Below are positions 47,159 to 61,164 of a DNA stretch of 64,000 nucleotides, piece by piece. Source of the DNA: Squalus acanthias (taxonomy: Eukaryota); the NCBI GenBank assembly GCA_030390025.1, contig CM059431.1:124994001-125058000 (forward strand), given 5' to 3'. The notes below the pieces were generated by a model, which saw nothing but the letters and a program-made list of their open reading frames with translations, searched no databases and was not told the DNA's origin. The number at the start of each line of letters is the position of its first letter. Positions within the stretch are counted from its first letter, which is position 1. The translations under genes and the position numbers were made by a program.

Positions 47159-47677
47159 TATGTTTTACTTTATGTAGATGAATATCACTGTCATTACTCT
47201 TTGCAACTGATCACCAAGACTGTTAAATCTGGCAGTGATTGGCGCCTAAGGTCTCAGTGCCCCAGTCACAGCATTCATGCATTTTCTTCCTTTATACTTT
47301 GTGGCTCCTTTGCAGATGGCTGTGAAGATGCCACTTGCTCTGTTGTCCTCTGCATTTCCATGAATCCCTCATGCAGGACTGCAGTGATGTCGAGGTCCAC
47401 TGTTGGACGTTCTCAGTCAGTTACTGCAGCGGCTCACAGAGGACTCAAAAAATGTACAAAATCTCCTCTGCTCCTGCATTAAATCCTGTCAGCAGTAAAT
47501 CCAATAGAACACAAATGCCTTGCCCATACAGCTGATAATAGTCACAGGGTTTTCAGGATGGTCAAATATTTCCTCTTCCTTTCCAATTATCTCCACTTCC
47601 TCCTCCTCATTTGTGAGTTCTGAATCACTTGATACAACTTCCTCAAATTCACTATCTACATTCTGTAGCATTATAAT

Positions 47678-48500
47678 GGACCTGAAATTGCAGTCGGAGG
47701 CGTCCCACGGGCGAACGCCTCCGCTCCGCAAGAAAACCTATCTGGTGCCTCCGTATCTTCGGACTCTGGCGGTCCTGGGCCTGCAGGCGTACACCTGCGT
47801 GAAGGCCCACATATCCCAGGAGCACATGTGGTTTGCAAGTGTCCCTGGGATCACGTGGGCCGGCCCAACCAATCACAAAGGGGGTGTCCCATTATGCTTA
47901 TGGGGATTCATTTACATACGGAATCCCCATAAGCATAATAGGAATCCCCTAAAAAACACACTTTCACACAACCTAAATAAAAATAAATCATCACATGTTT
48001 AAAATTAATAAAAATACAATTTAATTAAACATGTAAAACAGAAATTTTATTTTTTGAAAAATAAATTTAAACATTTTTAAAGGGGCCGAAAATAGCCTAA
48101 ACTAATATTAATGATTTTTGACTGTTTAAATGATTTTAAAAGTTTTATTTTAATATTTATTTTCACCCTTACACTGGTAAAAGAAGGCCATATGTCTGCT
48201 TTTACCAGGCATAAGAGTTTTGTGAGCATTCGCTGGGCAGTAGTTGGGCAAATTGCCCAGCTCTCCGCCAGCGAATGTCCATTTTCATGCATGCGCATTG
48301 CACACGGAAACCCGGAACTTGTGTGGCACTTACAGCCACAGTACGCCAGTAACTTCCACAGAGCTTCTTCTGATCAGCTGTCATAATTTGAAGACTTGCA
48401 TAAATCTCGGGCAAATAGCGTAAATGGTGTTTACGCCATTTCTCCGGGATTTTCGTAGATTTTCTGCAAAGCAATGGCTGATAATCAGGAGAATTCCGAT
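47678..48500. mobile_element. MITE with AT-rich core
   Basis: Shares GGGATCACGTG, CCAATCA and AT-rich core with 54700-55442 and 60395-61157; right terminus unclear. Confidence 0.6.
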
Positions 48501-49004
48501 GGAAACTCAACCTCAAACATTTGGTCCATAACATTTCTGGACAATGAATAAGCATATATACAAATGGTAGCTACTCCTGCAAGCAGCACCCCTTTAAGAG
48601 CTTCTAGTTTGACCAATTTTGTGACTCTGAGACATAATACAGGACTGTCTCCCTGCATAGATTTTCTGAACAACACCTCCAGAGCATTCAGAGCCTGTCC
48701 TCTGAAGACTTGGAAACACCACCCAGCAAGGTCTAGAAGCACCGAGCTCTTAACCATTACAGCTGACATCACATCCCAGAATATAGGGATCTCCTCCATT
48801 AAGAGGGCCGCGGACAAGTGAGAGATGAAGATATACTATTCAGCAAGCAATGCTCAAAGAGCATACTACAATGAGAGGGATCATATTAAAATGAAGTGGA
48901 GAATTTGTCTCGCAAAATTCAGTGCGACCTGCCTTCCCTGTAGCAGTTGTACCTGCTATTCTCGCAAAATTGGTGCTGTTAAAACAAAACACCATCTGGT
49001 AGTT

Positions 49005-49212
49005 TAGGTGGATGTTAAGATTGCACTAAAAACAGATGAACTGTTCATTAATTTCATTGTTCTTTCGGGATCTTAGCATGTGTAAAGTGGTTGTTTTGTT
49101 CGGCTGTGTGACAACACTTGCCGCAGTTCAAAGTAATCCATTTTCTGAAGTGTTTAGAGATGATTCAGAGAGATGTGATGAAGTGCAATATAAGTGTAAG
49201 TCTTTCTTTTAC
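49005..49212 (+). mobile_element. Degenerate Deu-domain SINE 3' part
   Basis: Resembles 17748-18070 in opposite orientation; tail GTGCAATATAAGTGTAAGTCTTTC. Confidence 0.55.
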
Positions 49213-49859
49213 CATTGCTAGCTATTTAGCAAAAATAACTTGTCTTCAAATTATAAATCCATGGCAAGTTATAAAACAATTTTAAATCACGAGTTAAATA
49301 CTTCACATAAGAAGTGGCCGATTAGACCAGTCCTGATGAAGGAGTTTCATTTGAACTATTAACCTATATTTCTTTCAGATTCTGACTGACCTGCTGCACA
49401 TTTTCAGCATTTTTTGATTTTATTACAGATTTCCAGAATTCACATTTGTTTTTCTTTTATTGCATCCAAACTGATCGGCTTGATAGCAAATTTATTTGAC
49501 AGAATGAGCTGTAATCTTAGTGGAGCTGGCTGAGCTGACTCTAATGTGCTGTGTTTCAGGCAAGGTTTGGATTCAATTGAAAAAATGGTACTACAAAATA
49601 ATTCCAGGAAAGCCGCCTCTGCTCCTGTATTGCATTCAACTGGTTGAGTAGCAGAGTAAGCAGACATAGCTGCAGGATTCATTGCCAGCACCAGCTTTGA
49701 TAGTCTTAGGGACCACAGTGCCAACATATGTTCCAAAGATGAAGAAGCTGCTGTGGCAAAACCAATTAAGTGACAATGTGAAATCATGAGGGACGTTACA
49801 TGGGTTCTTTTAAACATTTTCCAAGGAACCTAACACATCAGTGAACATACTGGCATTGC

Positions 49860-51005
49860 TATTCGATTGGGCTTGGGGCTCATGGGGTTGGGGGTAATGT
49901 ATTAGCATGGATAGAGGATTGATTAACGGATAGAAAACAGAGAGTAGGGATAAAGGGGTCATTTTCCAGTTGGCAGGCTGTAACTAGTGGGGTGCCGCAA
50001 GGATCAGTGCTGGGGCCTCAGCTATTACAATCTATATTAATGACTAGATGAAAGGACCGAGTGCAACGTATCCAAGTTTGCTGACGATACAAAGCTAGGT
50101 GGGAAAGTAAGCTGTGAGGAAGACACAAAGAGCCTGCAAAGGGATATAGATAGACTAAGTGAGTGGGCAATAAGGTGGCAGATGGAGTATAATGTGGGGA
50201 AATGTGAGGTTATTCACTTTGGTAGGAAGAATAGGAAAACAGAATATTTTTTAAATGGTGAGAAACTATTAAATGTTGGTGTTCAGAGATTTGGGTGTCC
50301 TCATACAGGAAACACAGAGAGCTAGCATGCAGGTACAGCAAGCAATTAGGAAGGCAAATGGCATGTTGGCCTTTATTGCCAGAGGGATGGAGTACAAGAG
50401 TAAGGAAGTCTTGCTACAATTGTACAGGGCTTTGGTGAGAACACACCTGAAGTATTGTGCACGGTTTTGGTCTCCTTATCTAAGGAAGAATGTACTTCCC
50501 TTCGAGGCGGTGCAGCGAAGGCTCACTAGATTGATTCCTGAGATGAGAGGTCTGTCCTATGAGGAGAGATTGAGTAGATTGAGCCTATACTCTCTGGAGT
50601 TTGGAAGAATGAGAGGTGATCTCATTGAAACATGTAAGATTCTGAGCGGGATTGACAGTATAGATGCTGAGAAATTGTTTCCCCTGGCTGGAGAGTCTAG
50701 AACTAGGGGGCATAGTCTCAGGATAAGAAGTCGGCCTTTTAAGACTGAGATGAGGAGGAATTTCTTCACTCAGAGGATTGTGAATCTTTGGAATTCTCTA
50801 CCCCAAAGGATGCTCAGTCATTGAGTATATTCAAGGCTGAGATCGATAGATTTTTGGACTCTAGAGGAATCAAGGGATATGGGGATAGGGCAGGAAAATA
50901 TAGTTGAGGTCGTAGATCAGCCATAATCTTAATGGATGGCAGAGCAGGCTCGAGGGGCCGTATGGCCTACTCCTGCTCGTAATTCTTATGTTCCTATGTT
51001 CTTAT
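49860..51005 (+). mobile_element. CR1 LINE ORF2 RT and 3' end (relatively young)
   Basis: SGVPQGSVLGP, YINDLD, KFADDTKLG, ORF 50273..50824, tail (TTCYTATG)n. Confidence 0.95.
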
Positions 51006-54000
51006 GTCTTGTCCTCTGGTATGTTCTCCATATAACAAATCTATCGTACCTTAGAAAACTCTTGAGTTTCTTAGGGCAATGCTTTCCCTGTAACATGTTA
51101 GTGTCAAGACCAAAACATTCTGTTTGGATAATACGTCATTGCTTTATATCACATGCCACCCCTCCATCCAAGTAGGTTTTATAAACCCAAACAGCCTTAC
51201 TTTTCAGATTGAGAGATTGTAGAAACCTGCTGAATTATAGGCCGGGTTGCAGCTCCTCATGGTAGAACTCCAGCAGGGCTCATTGAATGTGCACGGCAGC
51301 CTTCAGGTTACATTCCTGCTGTCAAGGAGCAGCTCACCATCGGCCACAAGGGAGATGCTGGTGGGACTGCCATTACAGCACGAGAAGATTTGGGGACTGA
51401 ATTAAAGGAGTAGAAGCTCCCCGACGACTGATAAACCTGCATCCTTGTATAGACCAAAGGCTACACAACTAGAACATTGGGTGCAGAGTGGAGGGAGAGG
51501 AGGCTGCTCCATTGGGAAACTCAGAACTGGTACTGCCACTTCCAGGGTCCTAAGGCAACCTTCCATTTGCAGCCCTGGGAAATGGCATTATATGGGACAG
51601 AAGGGAGGAAAATCCTCCAAGGACCCAGACCCCACCCCTCCCCCCTTTGACAGGTGGGGATGGAGCCACCAGTGTTGGGGGCATGGCGAGGGAAATCATG
51701 ATTGGGGCGCTGAGATGATAGTACATTGTACTCACAGTTGAGTGCGGGACTGCAGTTTGTCCCCATAGTGCTCAGTATATTAAAAAAACTTCTTTTTTTG
51801 ATGATGGCCTCCAGCGGTCCCTTTAAGGACCCCTGGTTAGTCTGCATCAGGAACCAAAAAAGAAATTCCAGAATGGTTCCTAAAACAGGCATTAGGCCCT
51901 CATTAACATACACAAATGCTTAATAGGTGGCCGCCAGGAGATGTACCCATTCAGCCATTTTCTGAGTGACCTCCAGCAGCTGAATGAGTACTCCTCTTGG
52001 ACTGCTGGTTCGGTCTTTCAATACCTGGTGCAAATGGCATAAGACCCCAATTTACATTACTCGAAATAGGTAGGCATCACCATTATACAGGCCCACCTGT
52101 AAATTACATCTACCACCTGATGTCCCATTTCACTTTTTATACCCTCCTGAAGTCTTGTACTGTCTTCCTCACTGTTTGCCAAAACCCCTAATTCTGTGTT
52201 GCCGTTAGCAGCGCTGGCCCTAGAAATGCAAAACAGCAGAGCGTGACGTCAGTCGGCGTGCAATCTTCAACCTTTGCACTGACTTTAACGCTGGGTCCTA
52301 AGCTCACTCAGAAAAGCGAGCGTGCAGCAGACCTACAAAGACGCTGTCAGCACTACTTAAAGGGACACTCACATCTTTCAAGTAAGATTGGATTTAAGCT
52401 ATTAGAATGGATTTTTAGTATTTTATTGAAGTGCTGGCTTGGTGCAATAGGTGCACTTCCACCAATGCAAAACATTTATTTATTAACTCTGTCATATCTT
52501 CATCCTCCAGAATTAGACTACTTTCATTATCCCTGAGTGATAATCCTCTCTAATTATACTTCTACTTTTTTATTTCCTTTATAAAAGCTCTCCCTATTTC
52601 CTTCAATAGGATCTGCTAGCTGTTTTTTTATACTCCCATTCAGCCCTCATAATTCCCTTTCATTCTTTCCACTACACATTCTTCGTAAGTTAACATGTAA
52701 CATTTTTCTTTGAGTGTACTATTGTTCTTTTTACTCCATGCCTCTTCATTTCGCGCCGGTATTCTTTACTTCATTCATATGAAATAACTGACATCACAAA
52801 AAAGTTATTTTTCTTCCTCACAGTAGTACAGTGGAAAATGTACTTTAGTGTCAGCAGTACTAACACTTAAGCTAACATTACTACAACATAGCTAAATATT
52901 ATTTGTCAAAATAACTAATTAAATATTCAGTAGAAAGAGCACAAAGATTTTAAAAGATTGCTTTCAGTAACATTTTATTTGAAGCTGAAATTTGTCTGCT
53001 ACCCATTCAGTTCCGCCCACAGAGATTGGGGTGACGACAGGAATGTGTGAACTGTATGGAGTTCAAAAAAAGAGTTGATTTTTATCTGTTCTTGTACAGC
53101 GCAATTACACCAAGATTGCAAACCTGGGGTGTGAGCAGTACAAGGAAAACAATTGTTAGAAATTAAGTTTAGCAAATGTTTCATGATAACATCTCAAGAG
53201 CTGACTGGATTTCAATTGCCAGTTTTGCTAAATTTCACGAGTACTATTGATTTCAACACAGCTAAGTTACTAGATCATCCCGCTTTAATAAACAAGATCT
53301 CAATGGGGCACAACTAATGCAATGAATGTCATTATAAAGATTTATCTTTCACGGAAGAAAAGGAGTTCATCTGTAATGCAAGGTTCAAAATATATTTAGG
53401 GTTTAACTCTGAAAATTCTATTTATAACATACGCAATTTATCTAGCATAAGAATGGCTGAATCATCCGCATTGTCCCAAATGTTACTAAGCGAGACACCT
53501 GTAGATTGAACTATTGTCTTGGTTTATCTCTTGTTCTGCGCTCAGAAACTGCTGATTAGAAGCAACTAGCAAACGGCTTTGTTGCACAGAACAACTCTTG
53601 CGACATCATAGAGTTCTGTTTCAGGGACATCATCAATAGGGAATATGGGATTGTGCACAGCACTCTCCATTCATAATATTAGAGATGGGGAAGTTCTATA
53701 CAAAATATCTGTTTCCAAGCTCCCTCTGATCTTTAATACAAGCATGAAATGAGGTAAAAGAGGTGGCTGTCATATACTGACAAGTGTGTTAGAATCTCAA
53801 TTTATTGCATTGCGATTAACAGGATAAATGTTGTGAGGCCTCTCTCCACTGGCAGGGCTTCACACACAGACAGCACATATCAGGAAATCACAGGTGCACC
53901 GCATGCAAATTTCCATCCATTGATTTCTATGGATGGAAAGTCGTGGGCAGCGTGTTTGCTGGGTGCATGTGAGGACCCACCAGTGGCAGTGGACTTGTAA

Positions 54001-54299
54001 ATTTTACCCTGATATTGTTTCCCCTTTAAAGTGGTTCAAATAGGAACCACAGGTTATATCAGCATTTGTTACACAAAAATATCTAAGTTATCTATTTGTT
54101 TATTACAATCAGAAGAATAGTGAGCATGCTCGTTCACATTTCACTGGTGAAATGCTTCTGGTATTTGCTGTCGACCTCCAAGGATTCAAACCTACGCTTG
54201 TTTAATGAACAGCTAGTGACTATCCATCTTGGAGCTTGGTAAGTGGACACTCCTTGAGGTTTAGTTCACTCTAAGATGACATGACTGGTATGAAATGAG

Positions 54300-54542
54300 T
54301 AAATAAGGAGAAACTGTTTCCACTGGTAGGCAGGTTGGTAACCAGAGGACACAGATTTGGCAAAAGAACCAGAGGGGAGATAAGGAGATTTTTTTTATGC
54401 AACAAGTTGTTATGATCTGGAAGGAATTGCCTGAAAGGGTGGTTGAAGCAGATTCAATAGTATTTTTCAAGGGAATTGGCTATGTACTTGAAAAGGAAAA
54501 AAAAAATCAGGGCTATGGGGAAAGAGCAGGGGAGTGGGACTA
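54300..54542 (+). mobile_element. CR1 3' end remnant
   Basis: KEKLFPLV...FFMQQVVMIWKELPERVVEADS. Confidence 0.75.
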
Positions 54543-54544
54543 CC

Positions 54545-56625
54545 AACAATTTCTACCAAACACGAGGCACACCTCACATTCCTAGCTTCACCTCGCCCCT
54601 TGGAGGAGATGGTGCTGGCTATTCTTGGCAGGGGCATGGCTGAGCCCTTGGCCAGTGGTGGGGCTGAAAGAATACACGATGCTGGTATCCTCATACAGTG
54701 GCCCAAAAATTCGTGAGGAAGCCTTCGTGCGAGGGTAAGGCTTCCCCGCGATCTCTCACTGCGCGTTGGCTTTTTCAGTTCCAGCTCGCACGAACTTGAT
54801 GTTCTGGACAGCTGCTGTGCTGGGCTTGCGTATCCCACAGGCGTAGTTAATTCGTGCGAGCTGTGGGATCACGTGACTCAGTTAGAGCCAATGGCAGCAC
54901 ACCATCTTCCATTCATAACTTTCACATAAGTGCTGTGAAAGCTATGAATACTATAGCCCCCCCAAAAGAACAGCTAAACCTCAATTAAATTTAAAAAAAA
55001 ACATCACATTAATAAAATAAGTATAGTTAAATAAATTAACCATTTTAAATAAAAAATTAAATTTTTGAAAAAATTTAAAATCTTTTAAAAAGTTATAAAA
55101 ATAAACTTACCTGTCTTTAAAGTCTCTAAAAAAGATATACCTGTTAAAAAAAATTCAAAATAATACTTAATTCACTACTTACCTTGTTAAAAGTGGGTCT
55201 TACTCCTCCTTTTTTTATGTGTAAAATCTTCCATACTTACCTGCGCGTTGAAACCACTAAGTGCACTGCATGCGCGCAGCCTGTAGCGCGCACGCGGTTC
55301 ACTTAGGAACCGCCCCCTTTTCCATTCACCAAGTGCCGGTTTTCAGTGCATGCACAGTGCATGCAGAAAACCGGCAATTGGAGACAGAATACGCGAGAGT
55401 ACACAGTGCGTACTCTCGCGTAGCGGCACTAATTTTTGGGCCATTATCCTTCTTCTCACATCCCACTTCCCCCTCATCCCACAATATCTTCTGATTTACA
55501 AGCTGCACATGGTGTAAGCATGCAACTCTTGCTTCCCCGCACCCGCTCCCCGCACCCCTCCTCACCACAACCCTATCCGTGTGCCTTCTTCATTTCAGAT
55601 ACCCAAGAAATGCAGTCTGCCCAGCCAGTGGTAGGCCAAGAAGAAGGAGAGGAGAGTGAAGAAGAAGATACACCGTCACTCGATTTCACACTCCCAGCCA
55701 CCAGCTCCTCGAGGTCGGCATGCAAGGCCATGTGCAGTGTCCCACTGGGGTGGCACTGCGTAACATCCCTAGGATAGGCAAAGGCACATGCAAGGCAGTC
55801 ACTAAGGGAAGGCACAAGGGGGATTAGTTGATTTTTTGATGTAATATTGGATGCATATATGGATAAAGTTGGATTGGAAAGTTTGCTTTGTGGTGGCTCT
55901 TATTTCAGCATTGTGGCCAAGAGGACGCTGTGATGGTCAGTACAGAGGGAAGGTAAGGTATAGGACAAATGTTGAAAGGGGAATTGGTGTTGTGGTCACT
56001 GGTACCGCAGGCAGATGATTCAATCCCGGATATCCCGGCCAGAAAGGGGCTTTCTGGGTTGCCTCCTTCCTTCCGCTTTCTCCTCTTCTGTTTGCTCCTC
56101 TACTGCTTTTTTCTCTTCTGTTTCTTCCTCTTCTACTTCTTCCTCTTCCTCCTCCTCTTCGACCTCCTCCGTCTCCTCCCTCTGCGAGCAGCTTGTCCCC
56201 TTTGCTGCCTCCACTCCATGTCCATGTCATGCTAAAGCCCAAGGGGTACTGCAACTAGAGGCCCCAGGACTAGTAAGCACTTAAAAAACTTATAAATGTA
56301 TTACACCAAGCCATTACTCCAAAAAAATGTTTAAAAAAGGTACAAAAGCAAAAATCTAAACTTACCTGAAAGTTGCGTGTGTCCCTTTAAGAAGCATTGG
56401 TAGGGGGTCCGTCGGGCTTTGGAGAGGGCGTTAAAAGGAGCAGTGATGTCCAAAATACCATATAGTGCATCAATTCAGCGTTGCACACCGATTGACGTCA
56501 CGATCTGCCTCATATAAATATCTGGAGTGAGTGCAGGCAAACGGCAGCGCTGCCAACCTGCCCAAAATGGCGGCCGCCGTGTTCTGCGCCAGAAGTGAGC
56601 AGGAGCACACGGGAAACCCGGACGT
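54545..56625. mobile_element. Deleted Harbinger copy 6 in reverse orientation
   Basis: Myb exon 2 (PLEEMVLAILGRGMAEPLASGGAE) and exon 3 start (DTQEMQ...EESEEEDTPSLD) on +; transposase acidic tail on - (56020..56214); promoter CCCTTTAAG at about 56384. Confidence 0.75.
54700..55442. mobile_element. MITE inserted in the Myb intron of Harbinger copy 6
   Basis: TIR GGCCCAAAAATT(C/A)GTG at both ends; flanks AGT / ATT. Confidence 0.85.
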
Positions 56626-56689
56626 CTGGGTTTCCCTGCATGCTGTGGAGATTTAACTCCACAGCATGCATCTTACATCATTGGCAGGT

Positions 56690-57212
56690 TTTCCACCCAG
56701 GCTTGGCTTCCAGCCGGGTGAGGAACGCTCTGGAGGAGGCCGCTGGATCAGGTAGGTCTGATCGCCCAACCCAGGCGATCCCAAGGGGGGTCCAATCCCT
56801 GACCCCGGGGTGGGGGGGGGGGGGGGGGGGGCGGTGTCCGATCCCAGGGTGGGTTCGATCCCTGACCTGGAGGGTGTCCGATCCTGGGGGAGGGGTGTCC
56901 GATCCTGGGAGAGCTTGAGGGACTGGGAGGAAGCAATTCTGCTGCTCCTGGCCCACAAAGGTGCTCCCCAAGGCTGTCCTCGCCTCGCTGCAGCTGTCGG
57001 GTTCCCTGAGGCTCAGGAAACCCAGCCGGCCACAGTAAAACCTGCAAAGCTGGGTAAATCTGAGGCTTCCAGCCTCATTAACATATTTAAAATGCCAACC
57101 CGCCTCCTGGAAGTGGGTTGGCTGCCCGACCCTTGTCCCACCTCTGTAAAACCCAGAAGTCGGCAGGTTGGAGCCGGATTCCCGACGTGCTTGCAATTTT
57201 TGGCCATTTAAC
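56690..57212. mobile_element. MITE fragment with short GGGTGTCCGATCC tandem units
   Basis: Units repeated at about 56770-56910; CCCGCC and CCCGAC subterminal motifs. Confidence 0.55.
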
Positions 57213-59310
57213 CACCTACCTACACACACTCCCACCCACTGACCCATGTATCCACCCCATCCATTTGTGGAAACAGAACCTCTTTATCAGGGATTTCTCA
57301 GTAGCTTTCTTTGGAGGTTTACAAGCATGGTTTCTGCACATCACACATTTGGCTGACCAAAAAAAAATCTTTCAAACAATTTCTGAGTTTTTTGGCTAAA
57401 TATCTTTAACGTAAGCAACAATTAATTTGATTCGAGACTCCTCAATATAAGAATAAAACAAAGCAATCCATTTGACTAATACAAGCAGGATACTTCCTCA
57501 TTATTATTTATCAGATTTTTCAAGGGTCTCATATTATAAAGCAATTAGTACACATAGGCACATACCTGTTCAACAATGTTTCAATAATCTGTCTGTCAAT
57601 TGATCAATTGATATATCATTATTCTAAAAATTGTACACACATTATTTCTGTCACACTTCAGTCATCATACTCTCTGGTCTCACACTTCCTGCATCACATT
57701 CTAGCATTGCACTTCGGCTCGAAATAAAAGAGTGAACAATTAAGGAAGCAGGGAATGTACAATTCAGAAAGGAAGAAGGCAGCCTGAAAATTACCATGGA
57801 AATTACCAATGAGAAGCCTCAAGTCTTATGAAAACAACAAATGTTGACTATCAGGACAGGATAACATACCAATCATTGAAAAAAGGGGAACCAATCAAAT
57901 CACTCAAAATACTTGTTGACTTTTTTTTTGCCAATTTTTCCCCCTCAGCTTAATGACTCCAGGTTTAAAATAAGAGAGCATGTATAGTGATATCATAGGC
58001 ATACTCTCCACATTATTCAGTCCATTCATTTTAATGATTTTTGATATCAGTAACAAGGCTCACTGGTAAGAGTTCATAAAATCAATCCCAAGGTTTGCAA
58101 AATATTAACATAACTTTATGAAAAATATATGATTAAAATTAATGTCAATTTTATCTGTCAGTGCCTTTATTAATGCTTTTAATGAAAATCCTAGTGTGCA
58201 TCAACAGCATTCTCAACATTCTCTAGTGACGGGTTTACCTTCTCAGTGTAGAAAATTTTCTCAATTTCTTTCTGGGTTTTACGGAATAATTTGAAAACAA
58301 GCTGCACAATGAATCTTTCAGACAAAGTTTCCCATCTGTTGTGAACTGTTTAGTTTTTAGTTCAAAGAGAGCATTGCCATGAATTTCCTCAGAGCCTCTC
58401 CTAGCCCGCCACTGTAACTTTGGCAGAGAACCCGTTTAAGTATGTAAATGGGGATTTAGATGAACTCTACCATAGGTACAATGATGGAGTGGGAAAAACC
58501 CCAAGGAAATTTATGGCATATAAATCAGAAACTGCTAGTCAGCCAGCGATAGATAGAGAGGAAGAATGAAAGAGGCTTTACCATCACCCGTGCTTTATTT
58601 TGTTAGAATTCAAGAACAATTATTCCTTCTGGACAGGTACTTAGAATTCAAACAGCAATGATTGTTAATATAACAGAGAGTCAATTCCACATTTCTGCAC
58701 TCCCATTTGAGGCCACTGCCAAAGAGAGTGTGGGTCAGAGATAGGGCTACAACATTGATTGTCTGTGCTTTCTGCAATCACAACTCCCCACTGAGAAGAT
58801 GGGGTGGTGGAATTAGCCTTTATGTTACTTAACAGAGCATTTTATTTCACTTTTCTCAGGGTCTCTCTTCATGCTGTAAAATGACTTCTGAGCTTTCCCC
58901 TCTAAACAAAGAACAAACGGGATTGGAATTCTGGAAAAATTTCAGTGAAATATTTAACAGGGACTAAAACTAGTAATGCTTAGTTTACACTTTCAGGTTG
59001 AATACATTCTAATTAATGCAACTGAAGTCGATAAGGGAAAACAAGTGCAGGAAATGTTCAATGGTTTTGAGTAAAAGTGCTTCAGATAAAAGCTATTATG
59101 AACCCCTGCCAAACTACCTACTGGTGTATGTTGCCTAATGTCTTGCTGTAGATTATATACTTTAAAAAGGCAAGAGATAGAGTTGAATACAAAGGGTAGT
59201 GTTCCTGAGTTCTCACCCATGATGCCTACAATTTTCTGATTGCACTCACTGGTTATCTCCCCATGAGTGAGGATTCAGAAAATTTGCTCTCATAAGTAAA
59301 GGAACATATA

Positions 59311-59993
59311 GGGCTGGATTTTGATACTGGGGCGGGTTGGGGTCGTGTCATTCACTTTTTGTGTTATCCACCCGACTGCAATTGGATGAGGGAGATTGAT
59401 GCGATTGTCACCTAATTGGGCAATTGAGTTCCAGCATGTGGGAACCCATGACCCAATTAGTGTTTTCAGTCTGAAAGTCGCCTCTGATGATGTCATCATT
59501 GCTGCTGCATTGAAGGTCTGCAAAGACTGCCTGGCCTTTGCTGTGAGAGGACCTGGATGCAAAATGAGCAGCAGCAACCCTAAGTCTGCTCCCAGATATT
59601 TTTGCACCACCACTCCCAGATATGTCTCCTCCTCATCCATCCATCCAGATATGTCTCCTCCTCATCCATCCAGATATAGCCAGCCAACCAAATGTGCTCC
59701 CGCCAGGTTTCACATTCGTGGTTCAGAACAGGCGTGCTTCACGTAGAAAAAGGGTTAAAATCACAAAGGCCTTTCAAAATGGCATTATAGAGGCAATTTA
59801 GTGCTTGTTAAGGGCCTTAACAGCCTATCCCGCCTCTTAGAGGCGGGACGGAGTCGGGACCAGCAGACACGATTTAATGGAATTTGCGTGGAGGCAGGAT
59901 GGAGGCGGGCTTGTGCCCGCCCACCAGTTTTCGCAATTTTAACCCCCCACACGCCTCCAAACCCACCTCCACGGGTCAATGAAAATCCAGCCC
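59311..59993. mobile_element. Harbinger-type MITE
   Basis: TIR GGGCTGGATTTT / AAAATCCAGCCC, same as 9034-9851; TSD not matching. Confidence 0.75.
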
Positions 59994-60394
59994 TCTGCTT
60001 CAGACATTGTTTGCTGCTCTTTTAGCTTGGAAGACCTGTAAAGGGGTTGTGTGCAGCCTCCCAGGACCTCTGAGAAGGTAAGCTTTCTTTTTTTTTTGGT
60101 ACATTGGGCTGCATTGTGGGTTGGAAGGCCATTTGACTGCTGTATCTGACAAGAGCCAGCAGACCTAATATCATTACCATTTATCACCTTTAAGGCCTCA
60201 AGCACTGTGCTACTTTTTCAGGCCCAACTTGGTGGTAATCCTGTCTGGCACTTGCTTGAAAAATTTTAAACATCTGGAGGTTTATTTTGGCCAAAGGGTG
60301 AAAACAGGCACAGGGTGCAGTGCTAATAAGACTAGCCAGTTTGAAAGTTTGGATTTAGCACACAATTTTGATCCTAATTGCTGATAATGATAAT

Positions 60395-61157
60395 GGCCCA
60401 TATTTTCCGATGCCTACGAGTGTGCACGAGCTGTGTACACACCCGTAGGGACTCGGAAATGCCGGTTTCAGGCATGCGAAGCACATGCGATGAAAACCGG
60501 TATTTCCGATCTGTCAAGAATGCTCTTGACAGAGCGGACGCCTGCCCTGGAGAAGGGCCTCCGCGGGTGGAGAGTTCCACTTTCTGCAGAACCTCCGCCC
60601 GCTAAAAACCCTTAGCAATCTTACGCCTGGTAAAAGCAGGCAAAAGGAAAAGGCCTGCTTTTACCAGCATAAAGAGGTTTAAAAAAGTAACGAAAATGTT
60701 TTTTTCACTCATTTATAATTAAAAAATACTTTTAAAAAAGGTAAGTTTATTTTTAGCCCCGTAATAAACCTTAATTATTATCAAAAAATTTAATTTTTGT
60801 TTAAAATATTTAATTTAATGTAATTTTAACTCATTTTAAAAACGTCATTTAAAAAAAAAATTATTTAATGTTGTAGTGTCTTTTTTCAGTGATCCCCATT
60901 CATAATTTTGACAGGTCTATCTGTCAAAAGTATGAAGGGAGAATTCCTTTTTTCATTGGCTGGCCTGCCCCACGTGATCCCAGCGACGCTTGCGAACTGC
61001 GTGCGCCCCTGGGATACGTGGGCCCTGCGCATTTCGACTGTGGAGAGGCCCAGCATCGGAAGTGTCCGGACCTCGGGAGCCCTCAGGTAAGGGGGTAGAT
61101 TTTTTTCCGATAGGAGGCATCCGCACGCAGGAAGCCTCCTATCGGAAATTACGGGCC
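60395..61157. mobile_element. MITE with AT-rich core
   Basis: TIR GGCCCATATTTTCCGAT / ATCGGAAATTACGGGCC, TSD AAT. Confidence 0.85.
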
Positions 61158-61164
61158 AATGTGA

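Noticed and set aside
49440..49817. 125-aa minus-strand ORF
   Set aside because: No recognisable domain or convincing splice signals.
56770..56910. CRISPR-like or functional repeat array
   Set aside because: Short degenerate GGGTGTCCGATCC units without unique spacers, inside a eukaryotic MITE.
59600..59680. CCAGATATGTCTCCTCCTCATCCAT tandem duplication
   Set aside because: Ordinary slippage duplication inside a MITE.
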